A stretch of 64,000 nt of DNA from Candidatus Omnitrophota bacterium. Its GTDB lineage: Bacteria > Omnitrophota > Gorgyraeia > Duberdicusellales > 4484-171. Position numbers and translations under genes: made by a program. The stretch's first letter is position 1; every line of letters starts with the position of its first letter. The notes beneath the pieces are model-generated. The model was not told the DNA's origin and ran no database searches. It saw only the letters and a program-made list of their open reading frames with translations. The stretch covers positions 208,703-272,702 of the forward strand of contig PMCS01000029.1 of NCBI GenBank assembly GCA_003154195.1, read 5' to 3'. Of the stretch, positions 37,324-46,895 are shown one piece after another.

Positions 37324-39206
37324 CGCAAAGCAAAATACCTAAAAGCATAATCATTATAACCGGATTGACCGTTTTGTTTTTGGCGATGAGGTTGCTGGTT
37401 TTATTTTCTTATCTAAACCGGCTCTATGAACCAGAGGAGCTTTATCGCGGCACAATCACCAGAGAAATCATCAAAGGCCCGTTGATGTCGCCGTGGGAAT
37501 ATTTAGATTATAAAGTAGATTATTTCCCCGGCGGCACATTGGTTGTAGGTATATTGGCGGTGCCGTTTTTTCTTTTATTCGGCCATACCTATATAAGCCT
37601 TAAATTAGTCGGCCTTGTTTTTGCCCTGGGGACTTTTTTGTTGTGGTATTTATTTATGGATAGATTTTTCAATCGTCGGACAGCGGTTATAACCGCTGCC
37701 GTGTTTCTTTTATGCATGCCGTTTTATACGATGACTTCTTTTATTACCTGGGGCTCCCATCCCGAGACAAATTTTTTTACTATCTTGAGTATATTTATTT
37801 TTTGCAATATTTTTTTAAACGCGCGGGTAAAATCCGGCGACAATATTTTTTATACCGGTTATAAAAATTTTTTCTTGTTGGGATTAATTTCCGGATTCGG
37901 CCTCTGGTTTGTGGAGACATCTCTTATCCCATTGTTATTTTTATTAATTTTTTGGTTCATTTTCGATCGGCGAGTTTTTTTAAGAAAAGTATTTTTTATT
38001 TTTTGTTTGGGGTTTATTACGGGTTTTTCACCGGCCATTTATTATGAACTGGTTTATAAAGGTAATGCCTTGGCCATAAGGGGCCAGTCTTTATTGTCGA
38101 ATATACTAGCCTGCAATATAAACGGCGCTTTGCCCAAGGCCCTGTTGCTGTTTTCGCATGATCTGCCCAATTCATTTCTTTTCGGCAATATTTTTAATTT
38201 AAACGGGAAAATATTTTCCTATCTTTATTATTTTATATTTTTGTCGGCTTTCGCTTATCTTTTTTGGATTAACCGTAAAATTATTTTTTTATCAGGAAAG
38301 GCTGCAATTTATCCGATAACCCTGAAGGAAGTCAAGGTCGCCCCCGCAGCGGTTCCTTCCGAAGTGATTATTTTAGCCTACCCGGTATTTTTTTTAAGTT
38401 GTTTCATCCTGAGTGATTACTGGATATTGTCCCCGCCCTGGGAAGATCCGTTACTTTGGCCGCATTATATTGGCTACCGCTATCTGACCCCGGCTATTCC
38501 GTTTTTTCTGGCTATTTTAGGTATCTTCGCCGGGAAGATGAAAAATAAAATTTTGTTCAGTCTTACCCTGCTTTTTGTATTAGGCCTGGGGTTGCTGGGA
38601 AATTTAAATATTATTTCGATGAAAAACTTCGGTAAATTTTTTTCCTACAAAGGATATTCTTATAATATAATCGGCGATAAAATCGGTTTTAAAATTAGCC
38701 GGGGATTAGGTAAATATATCGCGCCGTTCAATAAACTGCCGGAAAATGAAAAAATACAATTTTACGAAGGTCTGGGCACGGGAATTGCTTTGCGGATGGA
38801 GAAGTCTAAGCCGGAAACAGTTATTCGGTTTTTTGAAAAAGAAATAAATGCCCCCTATCAACCGTTTTTATACCGTGGTTGGGGGTCGCTTTTTTTTGCT
38901 AATTATCCTGATCGGCTTCGGCGGGCGTTGGCCGCAGCGAAGATCATTGAACCGCGATACCGGCCCTTTTTTTACGAAGGCTTCGGCCGAAAAGTAGAGT
39001 TTTCTAAAGACGTCTCTAAGCTACCGAATTATATCCGGGCAATAGAATTACCTTATCGTCAATTTTATTATAAAGGCTTCGGCTTTGCCGTTGGCCTTGT
39101 ATTTGGATATGATAAGCGTAAGGAAGCTGAGTTGATTGAGATCGCCGGTTCAGAATATAAAAAATTTGTCAAAGAGGGAATTGTGGAAGGCGAAACGGCC
39201 AGATGA
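37320..39206 (+). CDS. GT-C (ArnT/PMT-like) membrane protein with C-terminal repeats
   Basis: About 12 TMs, LYEPEE acidic loop after TM1; four C-terminal F-Y-x-G-x-G repeats. Confidence 0.7.
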   Translation: MTQSKIPKSIIIITGLTVLFLAMRLLVLFSYLNRLYEPEELYRGTITREIIKGPLMSPWEYLDYKVDYFPGGTLVVGILAVPFFLLFGHTYISLKLVGLVFALGTFLLWYLFMDRFFNRRTAVITAAVFLLCMPFYTMTSFITWGSHPETNFFTILSIFIFCNIFLNARVKSGDNIFYTGYKNFFLLGLISGFGLWFVETSLIPLLFLLIFWFIFDRRVFLRKVFFIFCLGFITGFSPAIYYELVYKGNALAIRGQSLLSNILACNINGALPKALLLFSHDLPNSFLFGNIFNLNGKIFSYLYYFIFLSAFAYLFWINRKIIFLSGKAAIYPITLKEVKVAPAAVPSEVIILAYPVFFLSCFILSDYWILSPPWEDPLLWPHYIGYRYLTPAIPFFLAILGIFAGKMKNKILFSLTLLFVLGLGLLGNLNIISMKNFGKFFSYKGYSYNIIGDKIGFKISRGLGKYIAPFNKLPENEKIQFYEGLGTGIALRMEKSKPETVIRFFEKEINAPYQPFLYRGWGSLFFANYPDRLRRALAAAKIIEPRYRPFFYEGFGRKVEFSKDVSKLPNYIRAIELPYRQFYYKGFGFAVGLVFGYDKRKEAELIEIAGSEYKKFVKEGIVEGETAR

Positions 39207-39274
39207 CTTGATTTATCCTCGATTGAGATGCTTAAATCGATTTCCCAATACGCGGCGAATTTATAGTTAAATGT

Positions 39275-40954
39275 ATGTCTAAAGTTATTCTTTGTATCCC
39301 CCCTGATTACGATTATAATTTTCCCCCCTTAGGCACGCCGGTCTTACTGGGATTTCTTAAAAGCAAAGGAATTAAAGCCGGGCAGGTCGATTTAAATCTG
39401 GCTTACCGCGATTTTCTTTTATCGAAAATTAAAGGCAAGGGATTGACCGCCGGCGACAAGAAATTACTTTTGCGGCGGTTGGTAAATGATTTTTTTACCC
39501 AGCGGCTTAAAGGGCATTATTATTCCCAATTGTTACCGCGTAGGCGCGGTAAGGCCTTGGCAGATCTTCCTTACGGTAATAGCTCCAACAGCTCATTTTA
39601 TTTCACCGAGCGCCTTTTATCTTCGAAGTATCTTTTTCGTTATCTGGCGGATAAGGAGAACAATACTTTTTATCAATTCTATCTCGCCGAAAGAATTATC
39701 ACTCGTCTTAAAAAAGATAAGATTGATTTGATCGGTATTTCGGTGATCTCGCCTTCGCAGGCTATTCCGGCGCTTACTTTAGGATTATTGATAAAACAAC
39801 TTCTCCCGGATGTACATGTTAACCTCGGCGGGCAATGGGTGACATTATTCCGGGATGAACTTAAAAAACGTGATGATTTTTTTGCCTGCTTCGACAGTCT
39901 GATCGTTTTTGAGGGTGAAACGCCGCTCTATGCGTTGGTCGATGCTTGGCGTGGGAGTAAAAAGGCTTTGCCGCCCTTGGCTAACGTAATTACCCAAAAA
40001 AATAAAAAACCGTTGCTTAACCCGCGAGGCGAAGATATAAACGCTTTGGCTACGCCGGATTTTTCCGGGTTACCTTTAAACCGTTATGATTCGAGTAAGG
40101 TCACGCCGCACCTTACCTATGAGACTTCACGCGGTTGTTATTGGTCTAAGTGCGCTTATTGTGTCGATTTGCCTTTACCGAAACCGTCTTATCGGGCTAA
40201 AAGCGCCGATCGTGTTGCCGCCGAAGTCAAAGAGTTGATCAAGCGATTCGGCGTAACTGATTTGATGATGGGTGATCCCGGCATGGCGCCGCGCCAGATG
40301 CTCGAAATATCGCGCGCCTTAATCAAAAATAGCATAAAAATCAAATGGTGGACCATGGCTCGCCTTGACTCCGGGTTTAACCAGAAAATTTTTGCAACAG
40401 CTAAACAAGCCGGCCTTTTCCAGGTTAATTTCGGTTTCGAATCGGCGTGTGACCGGGTGTGCGATTTTCTCCATAAAGGCAACCGGCAGGCTATTTCTGC
40501 CCGAGTGATCCAGGATTGCGCGCAATCGGGTGTTCGGGTAGATTTGCAGACCATGATCGGTATGCCGGGGGAAACGCATGGTGACGCGATGGAAACCGTC
40601 GGTTTTTTGATCGAAAATAAAAAAGATATCGCCGCCGTGACTTTTAACATTTTTTATCTCACCCCGGGTAATTATGTCTATCACAGTCCTAGGAATTACG
40701 GGGTAAGTTTTAATAAAAATAAAGTTTTACCGTTTCAATTTTTTATTCCGTTTAAAAATAAGCATGGTATGACCGCAGACCAGGCCGGGTTCATTATGAA
40801 TGTGTATCATCAGCTTTTAGCCGGGGCTAACGCCGGAACTTCAGTCTCCAAAGACCGGCGCAAACGATTCGGAAAGGTAAGTTTTTCGCTATGCGGCGAA
40901 TCCATCGGGATCAAATGGGAAAAATACGCGTCAGGAAATATTGTGATTAAATGA
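39275..40954 (+). CDS. B12-binding radical SAM protein (putative methyltransferase)
   Basis: PPLG, GGQW, FEGETPL, SRGCYWSKCAYC, GFES, GMPGET. Confidence 0.9.
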   Translation: MSKVILCIPPDYDYNFPPLGTPVLLGFLKSKGIKAGQVDLNLAYRDFLLSKIKGKGLTAGDKKLLLRRLVNDFFTQRLKGHYYSQLLPRRRGKALADLPYGNSSNSSFYFTERLLSSKYLFRYLADKENNTFYQFYLAERIITRLKKDKIDLIGISVISPSQAIPALTLGLLIKQLLPDVHVNLGGQWVTLFRDELKKRDDFFACFDSLIVFEGETPLYALVDAWRGSKKALPPLANVITQKNKKPLLNPRGEDINALATPDFSGLPLNRYDSSKVTPHLTYETSRGCYWSKCAYCVDLPLPKPSYRAKSADRVAAEVKELIKRFGVTDLMMGDPGMAPRQMLEISRALIKNSIKIKWWTMARLDSGFNQKIFATAKQAGLFQVNFGFESACDRVCDFLHKGNRQAISARVIQDCAQSGVRVDLQTMIGMPGETHGDAMETVGFLIENKKDIAAVTFNIFYLTPGNYVYHSPRNYGVSFNKNKVLPFQFFIPFKNKHGMTADQAGFIMNVYHQLLAGANAGTSVSKDRRKRFGKVSFSLCGESIGIKWEKYASGNIVIK

Positions 40955-43011
40955 GCGGACAAAATATTACGTTTTTTGAGGTAAAGGGTTTTTGCATGTG
41001 GCCATTTTTACGCGCCGGCCAAAAAATATTAATTAAAAAAATAGCCGGTTCGGAATTTAATCCCGGGGATTTGATGCTTTACCATGCCGACGGCCAGTTA
41101 CTTTGCCATCGTCTGCTGCGTAAAGAGAAAAAAAACGGTAGTTGGGTATTTTATTGCCGTCCGGATACCTCCGGCCCCGGCGGGGAACCGGTTAGTGAAA
41201 ATATGGTGGAAGGCAAAGTCGCAGCGGTGGTCAGCGCGAACAAAATAGTCGGCTTGGAAACGCCTTGGGCACGCTTCCGGGCGGTTATGATTCTATTTTT
41301 TTTGTCGCCGATTTTGGCTCATTTTAACCGACTATATAAAAAAATAAAAATTCTAAAAATATTAAAAAATAACTATTTGCTTATATTTATCCTATTGTGC
41401 GCGGCAATGGTAAGAATTTGGGGGATAGGCTTCGGATTGCCGAATACAAATTGCCGGCCGGATGAGGAACAAATCGTGGATATCGTAAAATCTCCATTGC
41501 ATAATTTTAATCCCGAAGCGTTTAATTACCCGTCCCTGTACAAATATATTAATTTTTGTTTTTATGGATTATATTTTATTTTTGGTTTATTTACCGGCAA
41601 ATATAGATTGCTGTCGGATTTTGTTAGAGAGGTTGTCGTTACAAATTATAAAGACCTTTATTTAATCAATAGGTTTCTCTCCGCGTCTTTTGGCGTGGCG
41701 ACGGTATTTATGTGCTATAAGGCAGCCGAAAGATTTTTTGATAGAAAAACTGCAATAATTTCCGCATTTTTTTTGAGTTTCGCATATCTTCACGTCAGAG
41801 ACTCTCACTTTGGAACTGTTGATGTCCCGGCAGTTTTTTTTGTTATGTGCTCCATGCTTTTTATCATAAAATCTCACCAGGATAACTTAATAAAAAACTA
41901 TATTTTATCCGGGGTATTTGCCGGGCTAGCCGCTTCTACTAAATATATCGGCATCTTATTAATTGCGCCGATGTTAATTGTTAATAGTTTAAGCCTATCT
42001 CTGACTAAAGGCGAAGATAAGGCGTTGGCGCATCCGCTTTCTCCTGCTAAAAAAATGTTGTTTTTTATAATCTTTTTTATCGCGGCCTTTTTGTTAGGGA
42101 CTCCATATGCGGTATTAGATTTTAATCATTTTATAAGCGATTACTTGGGGACAATAAAACGTTTCATCCATGGGGAAGACATCATTCTTGGTAAAGGATG
42201 GTGGTATCATTTAAGGTTTTCTTTACTGTTTGGTATGGGCTTTAGTTTATTTTTCGCATCATTAGCGGGAATCTTAGTACTTATAAAAATTAATTTTAAA
42301 AAAGCGTTTATACTATGTTCCTTTCCATTGGTATATTATGCCATAATCGGCCGGGGATATGGAGTGTTCTTGAGATATGCTATTCCGCTTGTTCCCTATC
42401 TTTGCATTACTGCCGCCGTATCCACTGTATATCTTATTAATGGTCTTGGAAAATATTTAAACCCAATCTTAAATAAAGCGGTAATGCTGATATTTCCATT
42501 TTTAATTATCTTGCCTTCGGTTTATAATATTTTACGTTTTGATATTTTGCTGTCAAAAAAGGATAATCGCTTAATCGCGGCAGAATGGATCAACAAGAAT
42601 CTTCCCGAAAGAAGTTCTATCGCAATTTTTGACTCCGGCTACGGGATCCAGCTTGCCCCGGCATCCCTGGGGTTATCGGATAAAGATATGAGCCGGTCGG
42701 ATAAAATAATAATGGATTACTTAAGAAACAATAAGATCAAAGGTTTCAACCTAGACGGTTGGAATGGCCAATCAAATATGTCAAAATATATCGTTTTAGA
42801 AGAATCGCCCCTGAAGAGATTTTGTTTAATTGATCCGGAACAGAAAGAAATTATACTAAAATCTTATTATCTTTTGGCAGAATTCAAGTCGATTAACATT
42901 GACAATAAATCTAACTGGTTTGATCAGGATGACTGTTTCTATATGCCGTTCGTGGGCTTTAAAGAAATCCAAAGACCGGGTCCAAATATCTATATCTATA
43001 AAAAGAAATGA
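40951..43011 (+). CDS. Fusion: S24/S26-like peptidase domain plus GT-C (PMT/ArnT-like) glycosyltransferase
   Basis: N-terminal GFCMWPFL...GD...HRL...EGKV; C-terminal GFGLPN..RPDE, FNYPSLY, DSHFGTVDVP, STKY, RYAIPLVP. Confidence 0.8.
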   Translation: MSGQNITFFEVKGFCMWPFLRAGQKILIKKIAGSEFNPGDLMLYHADGQLLCHRLLRKEKKNGSWVFYCRPDTSGPGGEPVSENMVEGKVAAVVSANKIVGLETPWARFRAVMILFFLSPILAHFNRLYKKIKILKILKNNYLLIFILLCAAMVRIWGIGFGLPNTNCRPDEEQIVDIVKSPLHNFNPEAFNYPSLYKYINFCFYGLYFIFGLFTGKYRLLSDFVREVVVTNYKDLYLINRFLSASFGVATVFMCYKAAERFFDRKTAIISAFFLSFAYLHVRDSHFGTVDVPAVFFVMCSMLFIIKSHQDNLIKNYILSGVFAGLAASTKYIGILLIAPMLIVNSLSLSLTKGEDKALAHPLSPAKKMLFFIIFFIAAFLLGTPYAVLDFNHFISDYLGTIKRFIHGEDIILGKGWWYHLRFSLLFGMGFSLFFASLAGILVLIKINFKKAFILCSFPLVYYAIIGRGYGVFLRYAIPLVPYLCITAAVSTVYLINGLGKYLNPILNKAVMLIFPFLIILPSVYNILRFDILLSKKDNRLIAAEWINKNLPERSSIAIFDSGYGIQLAPASLGLSDKDMSRSDKIIMDYLRNNKIKGFNLDGWNGQSNMSKYIVLEESPLKRFCLIDPEQKEIILKSYYLLAEFKSINIDNKSNWFDQDDCFYMPFVGFKEIQRPGPNIYIYKKK

Positions 43012-44447
43012 TGGAAGTTTTTTTAAAAGAAGATCACGACGAAGCGCTGAAGATTTGGCGTAAACTAAGCGTTAAAAACCTGGATTTGGTTCATGTAGAC
43101 GCACATATTGATTTCGTAATGCATTACGCGCGCGATCCCCAGGAAATACTCGCCCAGGCGGTCAATTTAAAACAACTGAAACAAAATCTCGAGTACACAT
43201 TATCTTTCTTAGAGTATGAAAAAGATTTGGATAAACAAACCGATATCGGTAATTATATTTACCCGGCGATGCGCGAAGGCCTGGTTAAAAATTTCTGGTG
43301 GGTTATTCCCGGCGATGCCGGCTCTTTTGAGAAAAATTTTAAATTGATAAAAAGGATATTTACCCGGTCGTTTACCGGACAAAAAGTAAAATTAATACAC
43401 AAAGCAAAAGGGTTAGCTTTTATTAAGGCGTGGGGTAGGGAATTTTGGGCCTGCACTTTGGAGACCTTGCCGGTTTTTTCTCAACCTGTGCTTTTGGATA
43501 TTGATACGGATTTTTTAGTGGTCGGTGATTTATCGCGCGCCGATAATACTTGTGATATCGGCAAGCGCAGGCCCTGGATAATACCGGAGGTGTTAAGAGA
43601 AAAGTTAGCCGCAAAAATAAAAAGCCCCGTGATAACTACGATTGTTTACTCGACCAACGGCGGGTTTACGCCCATGGTTTATCGCTGTCTGGGCGATGAA
43701 TTAGCCTATAGTTTTAATCAGCAAAAATTTGCCAAAAGTTTTTGCCGTCGTCGGCAAGCCGCACAAAACTTTAAAAAATTTTTAGCTTCCGGTAAAAAAA
43801 GCGATTATTGGCGGGCGGTTGGCTTTGATCCGGCCTATCGCGACGATGACAATAATTACGGGCCGTTGTATTTGGCCAAAAACCGCTTTAACCCGGCGCA
43901 AAAAGAAGTCAAAAAAATATTTTGTGTTGATCCCAAAAATCCGGCGGCTTTAAAGAATATGGGTGTAATCTTTTTGCGAAAGAAAAAATACTTGAAAGCA
44001 TTAAACTGTTTTCATTCGCCGTTAAAACAAAAATCAATTAAAAAAGGGTTACGCGCGCAAATTATTTTCGGGTTAGCTCAGGCAAATTTTGGATTAAAAC
44101 GGTTGGATGAGGCGCAAAAATTGTTTGCTTTACATCGACGCCTTATGCCGTTGGCGGGCGCAAGCTATTATTGGGCGGCAGATATTTACCGGGTAAAAAA
44201 AGAGTATGCTTTTGCCGCCGCAAGCTACCGCCACGCTTTGCGTCTAGGCGTCGGCGGGTTGGATGTTTTAGCCAAGCTTTTAAGGGTTTCTTTTAAGCTT
44301 GGCAAGACACAAAGGGATGATATAATTGCTTATGTAAAAATGCGAACCGGTAGTTTTAAGATACCGGCTAAAGGCAGCAAGCGGGTTAAGCGGAAAATAA
44401 CGATTCTTAAGCGGTTAATGAGGGAGGCAGGGGTTTATGCAAGATAA
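43008..44447 (+). CDS. UPF0489 (arginase-like) domain plus TPR protein
   Basis: EDHDEAL, HVDAHID, IGNYIYPA, LLDIDTDF metal motifs; C-terminal TPRs. Confidence 0.78.
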   Translation: MMEVFLKEDHDEALKIWRKLSVKNLDLVHVDAHIDFVMHYARDPQEILAQAVNLKQLKQNLEYTLSFLEYEKDLDKQTDIGNYIYPAMREGLVKNFWWVIPGDAGSFEKNFKLIKRIFTRSFTGQKVKLIHKAKGLAFIKAWGREFWACTLETLPVFSQPVLLDIDTDFLVVGDLSRADNTCDIGKRRPWIIPEVLREKLAAKIKSPVITTIVYSTNGGFTPMVYRCLGDELAYSFNQQKFAKSFCRRRQAAQNFKKFLASGKKSDYWRAVGFDPAYRDDDNNYGPLYLAKNRFNPAQKEVKKIFCVDPKNPAALKNMGVIFLRKKKYLKALNCFHSPLKQKSIKKGLRAQIIFGLAQANFGLKRLDEAQKLFALHRRLMPLAGASYYWAADIYRVKKEYAFAAASYRHALRLGVGGLDVLAKLLRVSFKLGKTQRDDIIAYVKMRTGSFKIPAKGSKRVKRKITILKRLMREAGVYAR

Positions 44448-44718
44448 AGAAATTCTGAAAAAGAATAAAAATATCGTCAGCCGCGCCATCGGCGCGGAAA
44501 CCGTGCTCTTACCGATCTGCAAAGATACTAAAGAGATGAATTGTATTTATACGCTGAATAAACCGGCGGCGCGTGTTTGGGAGCTGATTGACGGTAAACG
44601 CGGTTTAAGCCGGATTAAAAAAGATATTCTCAACGAGTTTGACGTAAACGCCGGCGAACTTGATAAGCTGATGGCGGCATTGCTGAAAGACTTAAAAGAT
44701 ATAAAAGCGGTTAATTAA
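44437..44718 (+). CDS. PqqD family RiPP recognition element
   Basis: VSRAIGAETVLLP, IYTLNKPAARVWELIDGKR, EFDV...LLKDL. Confidence 0.93.
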   Translation: MQDKEILKKNKNIVSRAIGAETVLLPICKDTKEMNCIYTLNKPAARVWELIDGKRGLSRIKKDILNEFDVNAGELDKLMAALLKDLKDIKAVN

Positions 44719-44734
44719 GCCGTGGGAGGAGACT

Positions 44735-44944
44735 ATGAACAAACCCAAATTTAACCCGATCGTTACCCGTGTCAAGCTTAACCCCGAACAGGCAGTTTTG
44801 GCGTGCAGTTGTTATACAACAAACAGGAAATGCCCTGCCAACGGCACCGGCGGCCGAGTTGCCAACCGGAGCATTTGCCAGACCAATGTCTGTATTAATA
44901 ACTACTGCCTAAATGGAAACTCTGCAAACAGGTCATCAACTTAG
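44735..44944 (+). CDS. Putative RiPP precursor peptide (69 aa, six Cys)
   Basis: RBS GGGAGGAG; leader MNKPKFNPIVTRVKLNPEQAVLA plus Cys/Asn-rich core; between PqqD and radical SAM genes. Confidence 0.85.
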   Translation: MNKPKFNPIVTRVKLNPEQAVLACSCYTTNRKCPANGTGGRVANRSICQTNVCINNYCLNGNSANRSST

Positions 44945-44949
44945 GGGAG

Positions 44950-46029
44950 ATGCTTGCTCACGGATTAGCCTATCTTGAAGAGAAATTTTCCGATCAGCGG
45001 CATAAGCCTATAAATGGCCAGATCGATTTGACCTATCGCTGTGACTATAACTGTCGGCATTGCTATTGTAAAGGCAGTGAAAATATCGGCCGGGAATTGA
45101 CCACGGCCCAGGTCAAAAAAGTTTTAGATGAAATATATGCCGCCGGTTGTTTCTGGCTTACCTTAACCGGCGGCGACCCCTTGATCCGGCCGGATTTTAA
45201 AGAAATTTATGCTTATGCAAAACAAAAGGGGTTTGTCGTTACGATTTTAACCAATGGTTATCGCCTTAATCGCAAGTTGGTTGATTATTTCACCAAATAC
45301 CCGCCGCTTTCAATCGATATAACCCTAAACAGTCTGGATAAACTTATCTATGAAAAAATAATTGGATTTCCCGGTAAAGCCTTATCTCGTGTGTTGGATA
45401 ATATTCAATATGCATCGCGTAAGGGTATAGCTTTAATTATTAAAGCCAATGCCCTCAAAGAGAATAAAAACCAGATCGGCAGGATTAAGCGCTGGGCGCA
45501 TAATTTGCCGGGCAAATCTAAAGAAAACCTGTTTAATTTTCGTTACGACAATGTTATCTATCCGCGCTTAGATGGCGATCTTGAGCCTTGCCGCCACAGG
45601 CTTGATCAAAAAGAGCTGGGTGTTGTTTACGGGCTTGATTCGGATATTAAAAAAGACCGGCGAAATTATTTAAAAAGGGGATTTCCTTCCGGTAAAATAC
45701 CGCATCGTCCTTTGTATTTTTGTAATACTTTCCAAACGCAATTTTTTATTGATCCGTTTGGACGGTTAAAATTTTGCCCGCATACCGACAAATTCAGTGT
45801 GGATTTACGCAAGGTTTCTTTTGTCCGGGGTTTTTATGAGGAGTTCCCTAAGCTTACAACGGTGAGATTTAAAACTAATTCGCCTTGCCGCACTTGCCGT
45901 ATTCGTAAAATGTGCCGTTCTTGCCCGGCCGCTGCCCTTGCGGAGACCGGTGATGAAGAAAAGCCGGTTGAATATTTTTGCCATATGGCGCATCAATCGG
46001 CAAAAGATACTTTGCGCCTAAAAAAATAA
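44950..46029 (+). CDS. Radical SAM/SPASM maturase 1
   Basis: CDYNCRHC, TGGDP, C-terminal C...GRLKFC...CRTCRIRKMCRSC...YFC. Confidence 0.93.
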   Translation: MLAHGLAYLEEKFSDQRHKPINGQIDLTYRCDYNCRHCYCKGSENIGRELTTAQVKKVLDEIYAAGCFWLTLTGGDPLIRPDFKEIYAYAKQKGFVVTILTNGYRLNRKLVDYFTKYPPLSIDITLNSLDKLIYEKIIGFPGKALSRVLDNIQYASRKGIALIIKANALKENKNQIGRIKRWAHNLPGKSKENLFNFRYDNVIYPRLDGDLEPCRHRLDQKELGVVYGLDSDIKKDRRNYLKRGFPSGKIPHRPLYFCNTFQTQFFIDPFGRLKFCPHTDKFSVDLRKVSFVRGFYEEFPKLTTVRFKTNSPCRTCRIRKMCRSCPAAALAETGDEEKPVEYFCHMAHQSAKDTLRLKK

Positions 46030-46031
46030 AG

Positions 46032-46895
46032 ATGAAAACCGGTGCTTTTAATGATTTTTGGCAGGGTATTCACGCCGACGCGGATACCAGGCATTTACCG
46101 TTGCGGGTAATGTTTGAGTTGACTTATAAATGCAACTTTCATTGCCGGCACTGCTATGTGCCGAAAAGCTGGCGCCGCAGAAAAGAATTAAACACCAAGG
46201 AAATATTAGGTATTATTAAACAACTTAAAACGGCCGGATGTTTTTATCTGGGATTTACCGGCGGCGAAATATTTATGCGTCCGGATATCTGGAAGATTTT
46301 AGAATTTTCGCGTAAGCAGGGGATGCAGATAATTTTGTATACCAACGGTTTTCTTGTTGATAAAAAAAATGCCCGGCTTATTGCCGGTATAGGGGTAAAT
46401 AAAGTAGATATTACATTGCCGGGAATAAGTGAAAAAGTTTTTGACGGTGTCACGGGAGTTAATGGCTCGCATAAGCGGGTATTTTCAGCAATTGATTTTT
46501 TACGTCGGAATAAAATAGACCTTGGCTTTAAAACCTGTTTGCTTAAGGCTAACCATGGTGAAATCAAGGCGATCGAAGCTTTTTGTGCCGGAATTAAAGC
46601 GCCGCATCGGCTTGATGATGCGCCTGTGCCGCCGATTGACCGATTGATGGCCGATCAGGCTAAACCAACCAAGTTATTTAAGTGCGGAAGCGGAATCGCA
46701 CAGTGCGCCATAACGCCGCAGGGCCAGGTAAAATTATGTCCGTTGGTTGATTGGCCGAAGATTAAGATATCCCAGAACCAAAAATTTTATCAGATTTGGG
46801 AAAAATTGCCGGAAATGATTAAAGCCGGTAAGTGCCGCCGGCCTTGTCCGTGCACCTTAGGCCGGTTAACGGAGGAGCTATGCGCTATTCAATAA
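46032..46895 (+). CDS. Radical SAM maturase 2 (twitch / truncated SPASM)
   Basis: CNFHCRHC, TGGE, CGSGIAQCAITPQGQVKLC; lacks the second CxxC block; ATG 46032. Confidence 0.9.
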   Translation: MKTGAFNDFWQGIHADADTRHLPLRVMFELTYKCNFHCRHCYVPKSWRRRKELNTKEILGIIKQLKTAGCFYLGFTGGEIFMRPDIWKILEFSRKQGMQIILYTNGFLVDKKNARLIAGIGVNKVDITLPGISEKVFDGVTGVNGSHKRVFSAIDFLRRNKIDLGFKTCLLKANHGEIKAIEAFCAGIKAPHRLDDAPVPPIDRLMADQAKPTKLFKCGSGIAQCAITPQGQVKLCPLVDWPKIKISQNQKFYQIWEKLPEMIKAGKCRRPCPCTLGRLTEELCAIQ

